NCBI GenBank assembly: GCA_031458695.1
Contig: JAVKJW010000002.1
Coordinates: 129,728-193,727, forward strand
DNA from: Candidatus Thermofontivivens primus
Lineage (GTDB): Bacteria; Sysuimicrobiota; Sysuimicrobiia; Sysuimicrobiales; Thermofontiviventaceae
Reading direction: 5' to 3'
Length of the DNA stretch: 64,000 nucleotides
The notes below the pieces were generated by a model that saw nothing but the letters and a program-made list of their open reading frames with translations, searched no databases and was not told where the DNA came from. The position numbers and the translations under genes are program-made. Positions 27,776-37,685 of the stretch are shown piece after piece; the first letter of the stretch is position 1, and each line of letters starts with the position of its first letter.

Positions 27776-28897
27776 ATGGGTCTTGGGAAACAACCCGCCG
27801 AGGTTACGCGTGAGGAGATCCTGGAAGCCCTCAAGGACGTCAGGGATCCAGAGCTTCACCGGAGCATTGTGGAACTGGACATGGTCAAGGACGTGACGGT
27901 CGCCAACGGTGTGGTGACCGTTCACGCTGTACTGACCATCGGTGGTTGCCCGCTCCGGGAGACCATCGTGGAGGCAATCCGCAACCGCGTTGCCGCCCTC
28001 GGTGGGGTACGGCAGGTCGAGGTGAAGCTCGGGGTGATGACGCCGGAAGAACGCCAGGCGCTCATTCAGAAGCTGCATGGGGATCACGGTCCTCAGGCCC
28101 GGGCGGCTTTTCTCAACCCAGACTCCCCAACCCAAGTCATCGCCGTGGCGAGCGGGAAAGGCGGTGTGGGGAAGTCCACGGTGACAGTGAACCTTGCCCT
28201 CGCCCTCGCCCGCATGGGGTATCGGGTCGGAGTCCTCGATGCCGATGTCTACGGGTTCAGCATCCCCCGGATGCTCGGGGTGCAGGGAACTCCCACCGTC
28301 ATTGACCAGATGGTCATCCCCTTGGAGAAGGACGGGATCCGTGTCATTTCCATGGGGTTCATGGTGGATGAGAAGGAAGCGGTCATCTGGCGGGGGCCCT
28401 TGCTTCACAAAGCGTTGACCACCTTCATCTCGGAGGTTCACTGGGGGGAGCTGGACTACCTGCTCATCGATCTTCCCCCCGGGACGGGCGACGTTTCCAT
28501 CAGCATCGCCCAAATCCTTCCCAGCGCCTCGATGGTGATTGTGACCACACCCCAGATCGCGGCGACGTCGGTGGCCCAGCGCGCGGCCCGGATGGCCGAG
28601 AAGGTCAACATGGCGGTCGTGGGGATCATCGAGAACATGAGCTACTACCTCCCCGCCCCTGGTTCCGAGCCGGTTTATATCTTCGGGCAGGGCGGGGGAA
28701 GCCAGCTTTCCCAGATGCTGAAGGTGCCCCTCCTCGGCCAGATCCCACTCGATCCCCTGATCCGTGAGGGTGGCGATCAGGGGAAGCCTGTTGTCTCAGC
28801 GCATCCTGGATCTCTCGCCGCACAGGCCTTCATGGAAGCTGCCAAGCGCCTTGTCGCCCAAGTACCCGTTCGCGCGCAAGTGGCCCCCCGAGGTTGA
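27776..28897 (+). CDS. mrp: Mrp/ApbC/NBP35 Fe-S cluster carrier ATPase with N-terminal DUF59 domain
   Basis: V.DPEL..SIVEL.MV...GCPL; SGKGGVGKST, DADVYG, IWRGP, DLPPGTGD, IENMS. Confidence 0.93.
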   Translation: MGLGKQPAEVTREEILEALKDVRDPELHRSIVELDMVKDVTVANGVVTVHAVLTIGGCPLRETIVEAIRNRVAALGGVRQVEVKLGVMTPEERQALIQKLHGDHGPQARAAFLNPDSPTQVIAVASGKGGVGKSTVTVNLALALARMGYRVGVLDADVYGFSIPRMLGVQGTPTVIDQMVIPLEKDGIRVISMGFMVDEKEAVIWRGPLLHKALTTFISEVHWGELDYLLIDLPPGTGDVSISIAQILPSASMVIVTTPQIAATSVAQRAARMAEKVNMAVVGIIENMSYYLPAPGSEPVYIFGQGGGSQLSQMLKVPLLGQIPLDPLIREGGDQGKPVVSAHPGSLAAQAFMEAAKRLVAQVPVRAQVAPRG

Positions 28898-29076
28898 AGA
28901 ACCCATGCATGCGAGAGAGACCCCACACAATTTTTAGGAAGATGCGGTGGGGGTTGTAGGAAATCTTGTCATGAGACGCTCGCTGGGGGCTTTAGGTAGA
29001 CAGGTCAGGTGAGAAGACGCCAAACTTGCCGATCAACTTATTACGGTGTAAAGTTGTTTTTAAGGGGGTTCCATTC

Positions 29077-30846
29077 ATGGCTGAGAGCACGGTGAACAAC
29101 ATGACCATTCGCCTTGCCGGAGAAGCAGGGCAGGGCGTAGATACAGGCGGTGCAGGGTTCGCAAAGGCGCTGGCCAATGCGGGGCTGTGGGTGTTCACCA
29201 CTTCCGAGTTCATGTCACGCATCCGCGGGGGCCTGAACTTCTACCAGATCCGCGTCGCAGACCATCCTCTTTACTCCCATGTGGAACCTGTGAACCTTCT
29301 CTTGGCTTTTACGGAGGAAGCCGTCTCGGAATACGCTGGGACCGTCGTCCCGGGGGGTGGCGTGATCTACGACCAGGGCCTCAAGGTGCGGGAGGAGATG
29401 GTTGCACGGAACGGCGTGCAGGCATTCCCCATGCCCCTCGTGAAGATCGCCCAGGAGGTCGGGGGGAACCGCATCATGATGAACACCGCCGCCCTTGGCG
29501 CTGCCGCAGGGGTGGTAGAGCTCCCCTTCGAGTTCATCGCCGAGATCATCCAAAGGAACTTCCGGCGGAAAGGCGACGCAGTGGCAGAGGCTAACCTGAA
29601 GGTCGCGGAGGCAGGATATCGCTATGCCCGGGAGCACTATGCCGCCGGATTCCCCTGGAAGCTCCAGCCACGTAAGACCTCCCGACCTCGCTTGATGATG
29701 ACCGGGAACCAGGCCATCGGGCTTGGAGCCCTTGCCGCGGGTTGTCGGTTCATCTCCGCCTACCCCATGACTCCTGCGAGCTCCATCATGGAGTGGATCG
29801 CGGCCCACGGTGCCCGGTACAAGGTCGTGGTCAAGCAGACCGAGGATGAGATCGCTGCGATCACCATGGCCATTGGGGCCGCGTTCATGGGCGCGCGGGC
29901 GATGACCGCTACTTCTGGGGGAGGGTTTTCCCTGATGGTGGAAGCCCTTGGCCTTGCCGGGATGGCGGAGATCCCCGTGGTCGTTGTGGAGTCGCAGCGC
30001 CCAGGGCCTTCCACCGGGATGCCCACGAAAACAGAGCAGGGCGATCTCCTCTTCGTCCTCCACGCCTCCCAGGGTGAGTTCCCCCGTATCGTCCTGGCTC
30101 CAGGGACCATTGAGCAATGCTTCTGGACGATGGTCCGTGCGTTCAACTTGGCGGAGAAATACCAGTGTCCCGTCATCGTTCTCACGGATAACTACATGGC
30201 CTTCCAGGCCCGTACAGTCCTGCGACAGGACTTTGACTATACCAAGGTGGAGATTGACCGTGGGGCCTTGCTCACAAAGGAGGAGCTCGAGCAGATGGAG
30301 GGCCCCTACCTGCGGTATAAAATCACGGAGTCAGGAATCTCCCCGCGTGCCCTGCCGGGTCATCCCAAGGCCGTCTTCCAGGCGTGCTCCGACGAGCACG
30401 ACGAGTACGGTCACTTTGAGGACGAGGATGCGGAGAACCGCGTGAAGATGCAGTCCAAGCGGATGCGCAAGCTCCGGACCGCTCTCGCGGAGATACGACC
30501 GCCAGAGGTGTATGGGCCGGAGGACCCAGAGGTGACCTTCTTGACCTGGGGGACGACCTATGGGCCGGTGCGGGAGGCGGTGGATATCCTGAACAGCCAG
30601 GGAGTCCGGGCGCGCATGCTCCACTTCGTGGACATCTGGCCCTTCCCGGTGGACGCGGTGCTTCCCCTTCTTGAGCGGAGCGGGAGGCTCGTGGCGGTGG
30701 AGAACAACGGGACAGGACAATTCGCCCACCTCCTCAGGGCCATGACCGGGCGAGAGGTGGACGACAGGATCTTGCGGTTCGATGGGAGGCCGCTCTCCCC
30801 TGACTACATCCTGCGGAAGTTCGAGGAGGCCAGGATCCATGCTTGA
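29077..30846 (+). CDS. 2-oxoacid:ferredoxin oxidoreductase alpha subunit (gamma-alpha fusion)
   Basis: AGEAGQG, SRIRGG, AYPMTPAS, QTEDE, TATSGGGFSLM, QRPGPSTGMPT. Confidence 0.95.
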   Translation: MAESTVNNMTIRLAGEAGQGVDTGGAGFAKALANAGLWVFTTSEFMSRIRGGLNFYQIRVADHPLYSHVEPVNLLLAFTEEAVSEYAGTVVPGGGVIYDQGLKVREEMVARNGVQAFPMPLVKIAQEVGGNRIMMNTAALGAAAGVVELPFEFIAEIIQRNFRRKGDAVAEANLKVAEAGYRYAREHYAAGFPWKLQPRKTSRPRLMMTGNQAIGLGALAAGCRFISAYPMTPASSIMEWIAAHGARYKVVVKQTEDEIAAITMAIGAAFMGARAMTATSGGGFSLMVEALGLAGMAEIPVVVVESQRPGPSTGMPTKTEQGDLLFVLHASQGEFPRIVLAPGTIEQCFWTMVRAFNLAEKYQCPVIVLTDNYMAFQARTVLRQDFDYTKVEIDRGALLTKEELEQMEGPYLRYKITESGISPRALPGHPKAVFQACSDEHDEYGHFEDEDAENRVKMQSKRMRKLRTALAEIRPPEVYGPEDPEVTFLTWGTTYGPVREAVDILNSQGVRARMLHFVDIWPFPVDAVLPLLERSGRLVAVENNGTGQFAHLLRAMTGREVDDRILRFDGRPLSPDYILRKFEEARIHA

Positions 30847-31705
30847 TGTGAAAATCTACAACAGCCCTGTGAAACCCACGTGGTGCCCCGGATGTGGAGA
30901 CTACGGGATCCTCAACGCGGTCAAAGCTGCGTTGGCGCAATTGGAGATCCTCCCGCATGAGGTGGCGATTTTCACCGGCATTGGATGTGGGAGCAAGCTC
31001 CCCGATTATATGACCGTGACCGCCTTCACTACGATTCATGGCCGCCCGATCCCGGTTGCGACGGGGGCTAAGCTGGCGAATCCGAAGATGCACATCCTTG
31101 TTGTTGCAGGGGATGGAGATACCTACGGGATCGGGGCGAATCACTTCATCCAAGCCCTTCGTCGGAACCCCGACATCACGCTCATTGTGGAGAACAACAT
31201 GGTCTACGGGCTTACGAAGGGTCAGTACGCCCCCACAAGCCAGAAGGGCATGGTCACCAGCACCACGCCAGAGGGGGCCATTGAGGTCGCCCTGAACCCG
31301 CTGGCGATGGCAATCACAGGTGGTGCCACCTTCGTCGCTCGTGGATTCAGCGGGGATCCCAAGCACCTTGCCTGGCTCATCGCCGAGGCAATCAAGCACA
31401 AGGGCTTCTCCCTTGTGGACGTCCTGCAGCCCTGTGTGGTGTATAACAAGGTCCAGACCTACGACTTCTACCGGGAGCGCGTCTACAAGCTCGAGGAGGA
31501 GGGGTGGGATCCGGCGGACCGCAAGGCCGCCTGGGAGAAGGCACACGAGTGGGGGGACCGCATCCCCATTGGTATCTTCTACCGTGTGGAGGGGGAGCCT
31601 ACCTACGAGGATCAAGTGCCGGCCCTGCGGGAGGGAGCTCTCACGACGCAACCCGTTGGCCTGGACCCGCAAGCGTTTGAGGCCTTGCTCAACGAGTTCG
31701 CCTAA
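30839..31705 (+). CDS. 2-oxoacid:ferredoxin oxidoreductase beta subunit
   Basis: WCPGCGD, GIGC, HGR, GDGD TPP motif, YGLTKGQ, LQPC. Confidence 0.95.
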   Translation: MLDVKIYNSPVKPTWCPGCGDYGILNAVKAALAQLEILPHEVAIFTGIGCGSKLPDYMTVTAFTTIHGRPIPVATGAKLANPKMHILVVAGDGDTYGIGANHFIQALRRNPDITLIVENNMVYGLTKGQYAPTSQKGMVTSTTPEGAIEVALNPLAMAITGGATFVARGFSGDPKHLAWLIAEAIKHKGFSLVDVLQPCVVYNKVQTYDFYRERVYKLEEEGWDPADRKAAWEKAHEWGDRIPIGIFYRVEGEPTYEDQVPALREGALTTQPVGLDPQAFEALLNEFA

Positions 31706-31777
31706 CCGTCCCAGGAATTGGCAAAATGCATCATGGGGGATTTCCTTTGCCCCTTACGCCCAAGGCGCCTTGGTTCG

Positions 31778-31955
31778 TCAAAGTTCGAAGACCTCTCCCA
31801 GTACTAGGTTAGGTTTTAAGTCCCAATACCATGACCCATCGGGGAGGAAGATCCGTCTTACTCCCAGCTCCTCGAGCCTGTGGCGAAGTTTCTCCATGCG
31901 TCTCGCAAAAACCCCTCACGGTCAAAGAGGACAATCCTTGATTGGTTCACGTCTA
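31778..31955 (-). pseudogene. Frameshifted 3' remnant of a minimal nucleotidyltransferase (MNT-type) gene
   Basis: Minus strand reads ..IVLFDREGF / (frameshift in a T-run near 31907) / FARRMEKLRHRLEELGVRRIFLPDGSWYWDLKPNLVLGEVFEL*, which resembles the C-terminus of thermophile MNT proteins; no catalytic N-terminus seen. Confidence 0.65.
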
Positions 31956-32143
31956 TTGTACCTTCTCCTGCCGGGACTGCCAGCGTATTGCGCCAGGCCT
32001 TGCTTTTCCCCTTGGGGCACGAAGAATCCTTCATGGTCGGGGGGCTCCCTCACGACCACCATCTACACACTCTCCCTGGCAAGCTCCTGGAGACCAGGGT
32101 GAATTTTGCAAGAAGGATTTCGCCCAGAATGGGAGAATAGGGA

Positions 32144-32165
32144 AAATTGTAACCGGTACCAATTT
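32144..32165 (+). promoter_or_regulatory. LacI-type operator
   Basis: AAATTG-TAACCGGTAC-CAATTT palindrome (TGTAACCGGTACCA core) 12 nt before the LacI start. Confidence 0.75.
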
Positions 32166-32177
32166 GAAAGTGCTTTC

Positions 32178-33233
32178 ATGACCATCCGGGATATCGCGCG
32201 ACTAACTGGGTACTCGGTGGCTACCGTTTCTCGGGTCCTCAACGGCTACCCTCATGTCCACCCGCAGACGCGGGCGCGGATCCTCTCCGTCATCCAAAAG
32301 AACGGGTTCCAGCCCCACCACGCAGCCCGGGCGCTCGCGACATCACGTACCTATATCCTTGGCCTCCTCATGTCGGACATCACCAACCCCTTCTATCCCG
32401 AACTGGCACGGGGAGTGGAGGACGCGGCAGCTGCGCGTGGCTACCGGGTCATCTTGTGTAACACAGACGGGGACCTCCAGAAAGAACGCGCGTACATTAC
32501 CAGTCTCATGCGTGGCCACGTGGACGGGCTGATCTTCGCCAGCGTGCGCCTCGACGACTCTTTCCTCCAGTACCTGGTACGGCAGAGGTTCCCGCTCGTG
32601 CTGGCGAACCGGAGGTTCTATGGGCTCCCGGTCGACTCTGTGGCAGTGGACAACGTTTTGGGGGCAAAGAGAGCTGTCAGCCACCTCATCAGCCACGGGC
32701 ACCAGCGCATCGCTCATATCACTGGTCCTTCCTACGTTTCCAACGCCGTGGAACGTCTCCAAGGATACCGAGAGGCTATGGAAGAGGCTGGTCTGAAGGT
32801 CCGGAAGGAGTGGATCGTGGTGGGCGATTTCACCCGACGGAGCGGATACGAGAAGGCGATGGTGCTCTTCTCTTTGAAGCCGCGGCCCACGGCGATCTTT
32901 GCCGAAAACGACAACATGGCCGTAGGCGCCCTCGGTGCTGCCTTTGAACTTGGGTTGCGCGTCCCTGAAGACGTGGCCATCGTCGGGTTCGACGATATCG
33001 ACCTTGCCGGTGCAGAGGCGATCCAGCTCACAACTGTCTCCCAGCACATCTACGAGATGGGGGAGAAGGCGGTTTCTTTGCTCCTCCAGCGGATCGAAGC
33101 AGGGGATCGGCGAGATCCCACCCAGGTGACTCTTGACCCCACCTTGATCATCCGCCGGAGTTGTGGTTGCCAAAGGACCCCTGCACGAATCCCCACAAGA
33201 TACCACAAGAGGAGGGCACAGAGAGATGTCTGA
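32178..33233 (+). CDS. LacI-family transcriptional regulator
   Basis: MTIRDIARLTGYSVATVSRVLN; NPFY; VPEDVAIVGFDD; LIIRRSCGC. Confidence 0.96.
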   Translation: MTIRDIARLTGYSVATVSRVLNGYPHVHPQTRARILSVIQKNGFQPHHAARALATSRTYILGLLMSDITNPFYPELARGVEDAAAARGYRVILCNTDGDLQKERAYITSLMRGHVDGLIFASVRLDDSFLQYLVRQRFPLVLANRRFYGLPVDSVAVDNVLGAKRAVSHLISHGHQRIAHITGPSYVSNAVERLQGYREAMEEAGLKVRKEWIVVGDFTRRSGYEKAMVLFSLKPRPTAIFAENDNMAVGALGAAFELGLRVPEDVAIVGFDDIDLAGAEAIQLTTVSQHIYEMGEKAVSLLLQRIEAGDRRDPTQVTLDPTLIIRRSCGCQRTPARIPTRYHKRRAQRDV

Positions 33234-34398
33234 GAGATTCATTCCACGTCCCTTCTTCGCGCCACCAAGGGTCCTGTTTGGTTCCGGAGCCGTTGGCGAG
33301 GCTGGACAGGTGCTCAAGGACCTTGGCGTCCAGGAAGGGAAAGTCTTCGTCGTGACAGATGTGACTGTTTCAGGCCTTGGCCTCTCCAGGCGCTTGGCAG
33401 AAGTCTTGGAGGCCGCCGGGTACACCACTACGGAGTTCTCGGAGATCCGCGGGGAACCTTCGGTGGAGGTCGCCGAGTCCGTTGTCAGAGCGGCTCGGGC
33501 TGAGGAACCCGCGGCGGTAGTGGGGATTGGCGGGGGAAGCGCTCTGGACATGGCGAAGTTGGCAGCGGTCTTCCTCACGAACGAGGGAAGCGTTACCGAT
33601 GCTTTGCAGGCCCCTCGGTTTACCCGGCCGCCCCGTCCGCTCGTCCTCATCCCGACCACGGCGGGGACTGGCGCGGAGGCCAGCCGGAACGCCGTTGTGA
33701 TCCGGGAAGGGCGAAAGGCATTCCTCGGTAGCCCGCACCTGGTACCTTCTGCCGCGATCCTTGACCCGGAACTTACCTTGACCCTCCCCCGCGAGGTGAC
33801 CGCTTACACGGGGATGGATGCCCTCAGCCACTGTATCGAGGCGCTCCTCTCTACAAACGGGACGGCGCTCACCGACGCCATCGCCTTCCAGGGGATCCAG
33901 ATTGTGCAAGCCTACCTCCCCCGGGCTACTCAGGATGGATCCGATCTCGAGGCGAGAGGGCAGATGCTTGTTGCTGCCTACCTGGGCGGCCTTGCCCTAA
34001 ACGCCGGGATGGTCGTAGGGCACTCCATCGCCTATACCCTGGCTAACCGCCTGGGGATCCCCCACGGGCTTTCGTGCGCTTTGGCTCTCCCCTACGCGAT
34101 GGAGTACAATGCCTCCCATGCAGAGGAGCGATTGAGCGGAATCGCCCGTGCCTTCGGGGTGGAACCGCGCCCCCAGGAAGCGGTTCGAGCCGTGCGTGCG
34201 CTTTCCGCCACGGTAGGGATCCCATTGGCCTGGAAGAACCTTGGGCTTGCCCACGACGTGCTCCCGGAATTGGTGGAGGAGTGCCTTTCGGTATACCCCA
34301 GACCGAATAACCCGCGTCCCCTGGATCGTCCCTCCCTCCTCCGTCTGTACGAGGCGGCCTGGAACGGGGAGCCGTACCAGGAGGGAAGATCCGCATGA
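33226..34398 (+). CDS. Iron-containing alcohol dehydrogenase
   Basis: GGGSALD, IPTTAGTGAE, DALSHCIE, GHS, PHG metal ligands. Confidence 0.93.
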   Translation: MSERFIPRPFFAPPRVLFGSGAVGEAGQVLKDLGVQEGKVFVVTDVTVSGLGLSRRLAEVLEAAGYTTTEFSEIRGEPSVEVAESVVRAARAEEPAAVVGIGGGSALDMAKLAAVFLTNEGSVTDALQAPRFTRPPRPLVLIPTTAGTGAEASRNAVVIREGRKAFLGSPHLVPSAAILDPELTLTLPREVTAYTGMDALSHCIEALLSTNGTALTDAIAFQGIQIVQAYLPRATQDGSDLEARGQMLVAAYLGGLALNAGMVVGHSIAYTLANRLGIPHGLSCALALPYAMEYNASHAEERLSGIARAFGVEPRPQEAVRAVRALSATVGIPLAWKNLGLAHDVLPELVEECLSVYPRPNNPRPLDRPSLLRLYEAAWNGEPYQEGRSA

Positions 34399-35498
34399 AG
34401 ATCGCGCGCGTCGAAAGCCGGGCTGTGTTTGTTCCCTTGGATGGGGCAGTCGCGTTCTCCACGCGGGAGATCAGTGGGCGATGGTACACCCTCGTGCGGG
34501 TCCTTGTCGACGGTCTAGAAGGGATGGGGTTTTGCCTTGGTGGCCCGGTGGTCTCCACCGCGGTCCGGACCTGGCTCAAGCCTATCCTAGAAGGGCAGGA
34601 CCCGTTTGCAACGGAGTGGTTGTGGGATCGCATGTATCGCCAGACGCTCCTGGAAGGAAGGCGCGGTGCAGTGCTCCGGGCCATGAGCGCGGTTGATATT
34701 GCACTCTGGGATCTCAAGGGGAAGGCGACGGGTCTCCCCCTCTATCGCCTCCTGGGCGGGAACCGCTCCCCTGTCCCTGCGTATGCGAGTGGGGGATATT
34801 ACGCCGAGGGGAAAACCCCTGCCGACCTTGCCGAGGAAGTGGCAGGATATGTGGCACAGGGGTTCCGTGCCGTGAAGATCAAAGTGGGGCGGGAGAAAGA
34901 CATCAAGCAAGAGGTGGCACGCGTGGCAGCGGTCAGGGAGGCCATCGGCTCGGATGTCCAGCTCTTTCTGGATGCGAACAACGCTTGGCCGGATGCTCCA
35001 ACGGCAATCCGGTACATCCGTGCCTTCGAACCCTACAACATTGGCTGGATCGAGGAGCCCGTGATGCCTGACAATCTTGTGCAGAGCGCTGCGGTGGCTG
35101 CTTCCGTATCCGTTCCCGTCGCCACTGGCGAGATCGAGGCCACGCGCTGGGGCTTCCGTGCCATCATCGAGGTGAGGGCTGCCCAGATCCTGCAACCCGA
35201 TGCTGCGGTGTGTGGCGGGATCACGGAATGGCTGCGAATCGCTGCTCTGGCTAGCGCCTACGACTTGCCGGTGGCTCCACACTGGTTCAGCGACCTGCAC
35301 TGCCACTTGGTGGCAGCAGCCCCAAACGCCACCTGGGTAGAGTATTTCACGGACACGAGCATCCTGAACATCTGGAAGCTCGTGCGCGAGCCTGTGGTGG
35401 CCCGAGAAGGGATGCTTCTCCCGCCGGACCGGCCAGGACACGGGATCGAGCTGGATCCCAATGCGGTGGAGCGATTTGCCCGGGAGGGATGGGCCTGA
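34395..35498 (+). CDS. Mandelate racemase/muconate lactonizing (enolase superfamily) enzyme
   Basis: SAVDIALWDL.GK, YASGGYY, KIK, DAN, EEP, GE, APH. Confidence 0.93.
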   Translation: MKIARVESRAVFVPLDGAVAFSTREISGRWYTLVRVLVDGLEGMGFCLGGPVVSTAVRTWLKPILEGQDPFATEWLWDRMYRQTLLEGRRGAVLRAMSAVDIALWDLKGKATGLPLYRLLGGNRSPVPAYASGGYYAEGKTPADLAEEVAGYVAQGFRAVKIKVGREKDIKQEVARVAAVREAIGSDVQLFLDANNAWPDAPTAIRYIRAFEPYNIGWIEEPVMPDNLVQSAAVAASVSVPVATGEIEATRWGFRAIIEVRAAQILQPDAAVCGGITEWLRIAALASAYDLPVAPHWFSDLHCHLVAAAPNATWVEYFTDTSILNIWKLVREPVVAREGMLLPPDRPGHGIELDPNAVERFAREGWA

Positions 35499-35546
35499 GG
35501 AAATCTTTGATGAGGGAAGATGAGACTGAAAAGGAGGTGAGGTAGG

Positions 35547-36752
35547 ATGCGGTGGAGATTGGTCCTTTTCCTCCTCGCAGCTGTCGGCATGATGGTTGCG
35601 CTCCCGACGGCTGCTCAGGTTTCGGAGATCCCGGTGGGGATCATCTACCCCCGGACGGGAGAGCTAGCTCGTTTGGGGGAGACTGTCGTGCAAGCCTCCT
35701 TGATGGCCGCCGATGACATCAACAACGCAGGCGGCATCAAGTCCCTCGGGGGAGCCCGGATCAGGCCCATTGTCGCAGACAACAGGAGCGACGCAACGAT
35801 CCAGCGCACCGAGACTGAGCGCCTGATTACCCGGTACCGTCCCGTCGCCATCAACGGAAGCTACGCGAGCTCGTTGACCCTCGTGGGGACGGAGGTGGCC
35901 GAGCGACTGAAGGTCCCGTGGGTCACGGGATCCATTGCGGATCCCATCACTGGCCGCGGGTTCAAGTACGTGTTCCAGGTCTCTCCGAAGGCAAGCATGT
36001 TCGGGAAGATGCAGGTCGACTTTGCGGCCGAGTTGCTCAAACAGGCAAGGGTCGCCGGGAAGCGGAAAGTGGCGATCCTCTATGAGGATACGGCATACGG
36101 GACTTCCACCTCGAAAGGCCTCCTGGACCGGTCGAAGGAGCTTGGTCTTGACGTCGCCCTGTACGAAGCCTATAAGGCCGGGATCACAGATGCTGCTCCT
36201 CTTGTCACGAAGGTAAAGGCCTCCGGCGCCGACATCCTCTTCCCAGTCAGCTATCTCACCGACGCCATCCTCCTCATCAAGACCCTTAAGGAGCAGGGGG
36301 TCAACGTAGTCGTCATCGGTGGTGGAGCAGGGTACCTCATGCCGGAGTTCTACCAGGGGTTGGGGAAGCTGGCAGAGGGTGTCTTTAGCGTGGGGTCCTG
36401 GAACTGGGACCTCCCTTATAAGCCGATTAAAGATGTCGCCGAGCGGTACAAGCGGCGGACAGGGGAGTTCATCCAGGAACACGCCGGCGAGGGCTATGCC
36501 ATCATGTGGATTATCGCCAACGCCCTGGAGCGCGCCCGCTCCACCGATCCTCAGAAGGTGCGAGATGCCTTGGCGAAGACGGACTTGAAACCTCCTCACC
36601 CCGGTGCCATCATGCCGGGTGGGTGCATCAAGTTCGATAGCACGGGGTGGAATACCTGTGTTCACCCTGTGATGGTCCAGTGGCAGGATGGTGAGCTCAG
36701 GACCGTCTGGCCACCGAACGTGGCGACGGTGAAGGCTCGCCTTCCCTGGTGA
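35547..36752 (+). CDS. ABC transporter substrate-binding protein (LivK/HAAT family)
   Basis: Signal peptide; IN.AGGIKSLGGA.I; YEDTAYG; VQWQDG...VWP. Confidence 0.92.
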   Translation: MRWRLVLFLLAAVGMMVALPTAAQVSEIPVGIIYPRTGELARLGETVVQASLMAADDINNAGGIKSLGGARIRPIVADNRSDATIQRTETERLITRYRPVAINGSYASSLTLVGTEVAERLKVPWVTGSIADPITGRGFKYVFQVSPKASMFGKMQVDFAAELLKQARVAGKRKVAILYEDTAYGTSTSKGLLDRSKELGLDVALYEAYKAGITDAAPLVTKVKASGADILFPVSYLTDAILLIKTLKEQGVNVVVIGGGAGYLMPEFYQGLGKLAEGVFSVGSWNWDLPYKPIKDVAERYKRRTGEFIQEHAGEGYAIMWIIANALERARSTDPQKVRDALAKTDLKPPHPGAIMPGGCIKFDSTGWNTCVHPVMVQWQDGELRTVWPPNVATVKARLPW

Positions 36753-36759
36753 TGCACAA

Positions 36760-36789
36760 GGTGGGGCGGGGTAAGGGTCCCGCCCCACC
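36760..36789 (+). other. Intercistronic stem-loop after the SBP gene
   Basis: GGTGGGGCGGG/CCCGCCCCACC, an 11-bp stem without a U-tract; likely an mRNA stabiliser. Confidence 0.6.
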
Positions 36790-36803
36790 GCTTCCTCCCT
36801 CCT

Positions 36804-37676
36804 ATGCGGCCCGAGATTCTCTTGCAAGCTCTGGTGAATGGTATTCTCATGGGCGGGGTCTACAGCCTTGTGAGCATCGGGCTCACGTTGATCTTTGGCG
36901 TTGTGCGCATTGTGAACTTCGCCCATGGGGAGTTCCTGATGGTGGGGATGTACATCACCTATTGGCTGTGGGCGCTCACCCGCATGGATCCTATTGTGAC
37001 CGCACTGGTATCCATGCCCATCCTGGCAGTGATGGGGTATTTCTTCTACCGGGCCCTCGTACGGCGGGTTCTGGGGGCGCCGGACCTCTCCCAGATCTTC
37101 CTCACAGTCGGCGTCAGCCTCGTGCTTCAGAATTTTGCTCTGCTGATCTTTACTGCCAACTACCGTTCGGTGACCGTAGCCTATGCGACGCAGGCATTCC
37201 GCGTTGGACCCGTTTCATTCAGTGTGGCTCGGCTTATTGCCTTCGCGGTGGCGGTTTTCCTGAGCCTCCTGGTGGGTCTGTTCCTAGGTCGGACAGACAT
37301 TGGAAGAGCCATGCGGGCCGTCGCCCAAGATCGGGATGCGGCGATGCTCCTTGGGATCGATCCTCACCGGGTCTACGCCCTAGCGGTGGCGCTCGGTGCT
37401 GCCTTGGCAGGAGCAGGGGGAAGTGTGATCATGCCCTACTTCTATGTCTTCCCTACCGTCGGCGCCTCTTTCGTCCTCATCGCCTTCGTGGTCGTGATCA
37501 TGGGAGGACTTGGGAACGTAACAGGTGCCTTTTTAGGCGGGATCATCATGGGCATTGCGGAATCGCTCGGGATCCTGTTCGTCGGTGCCGATGCTGGCGT
37601 AATCGTGGCATTCATCATCCTGATCCTTGTCCTCGTCCTGCGGCCCCAAGGCCTGCTGGCAGTAAGAAGGGGGTAG
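36804..37676 (+). CDS. Branched-chain-type ABC permease (LivH-like)
   Basis: GLTLIFGV..IVNFAHGEF; GRAMRAVAQD..AA.L.GI; GGLG. Confidence 0.93.
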   Translation: MRPEILLQALVNGILMGGVYSLVSIGLTLIFGVVRIVNFAHGEFLMVGMYITYWLWALTRMDPIVTALVSMPILAVMGYFFYRALVRRVLGAPDLSQIFLTVGVSLVLQNFALLIFTANYRSVTVAYATQAFRVGPVSFSVARLIAFAVAVFLSLLVGLFLGRTDIGRAMRAVAQDRDAAMLLGIDPHRVYALAVALGAALAGAGGSVIMPYFYVFPTVGASFVLIAFVVVIMGGLGNVTGAFLGGIIMGIAESLGILFVGADAGVIVAFIILILVLVLRPQGLLAVRRG

Positions 37677-37685
37677 AAGGAGAAA

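Noticed and set aside
31320..32181. Plus-strand ORFs spanning the korB-lacI gap
   Set aside because: No motifs or RBS; the region is better explained by the minus-strand nucleotidyltransferase remnant.
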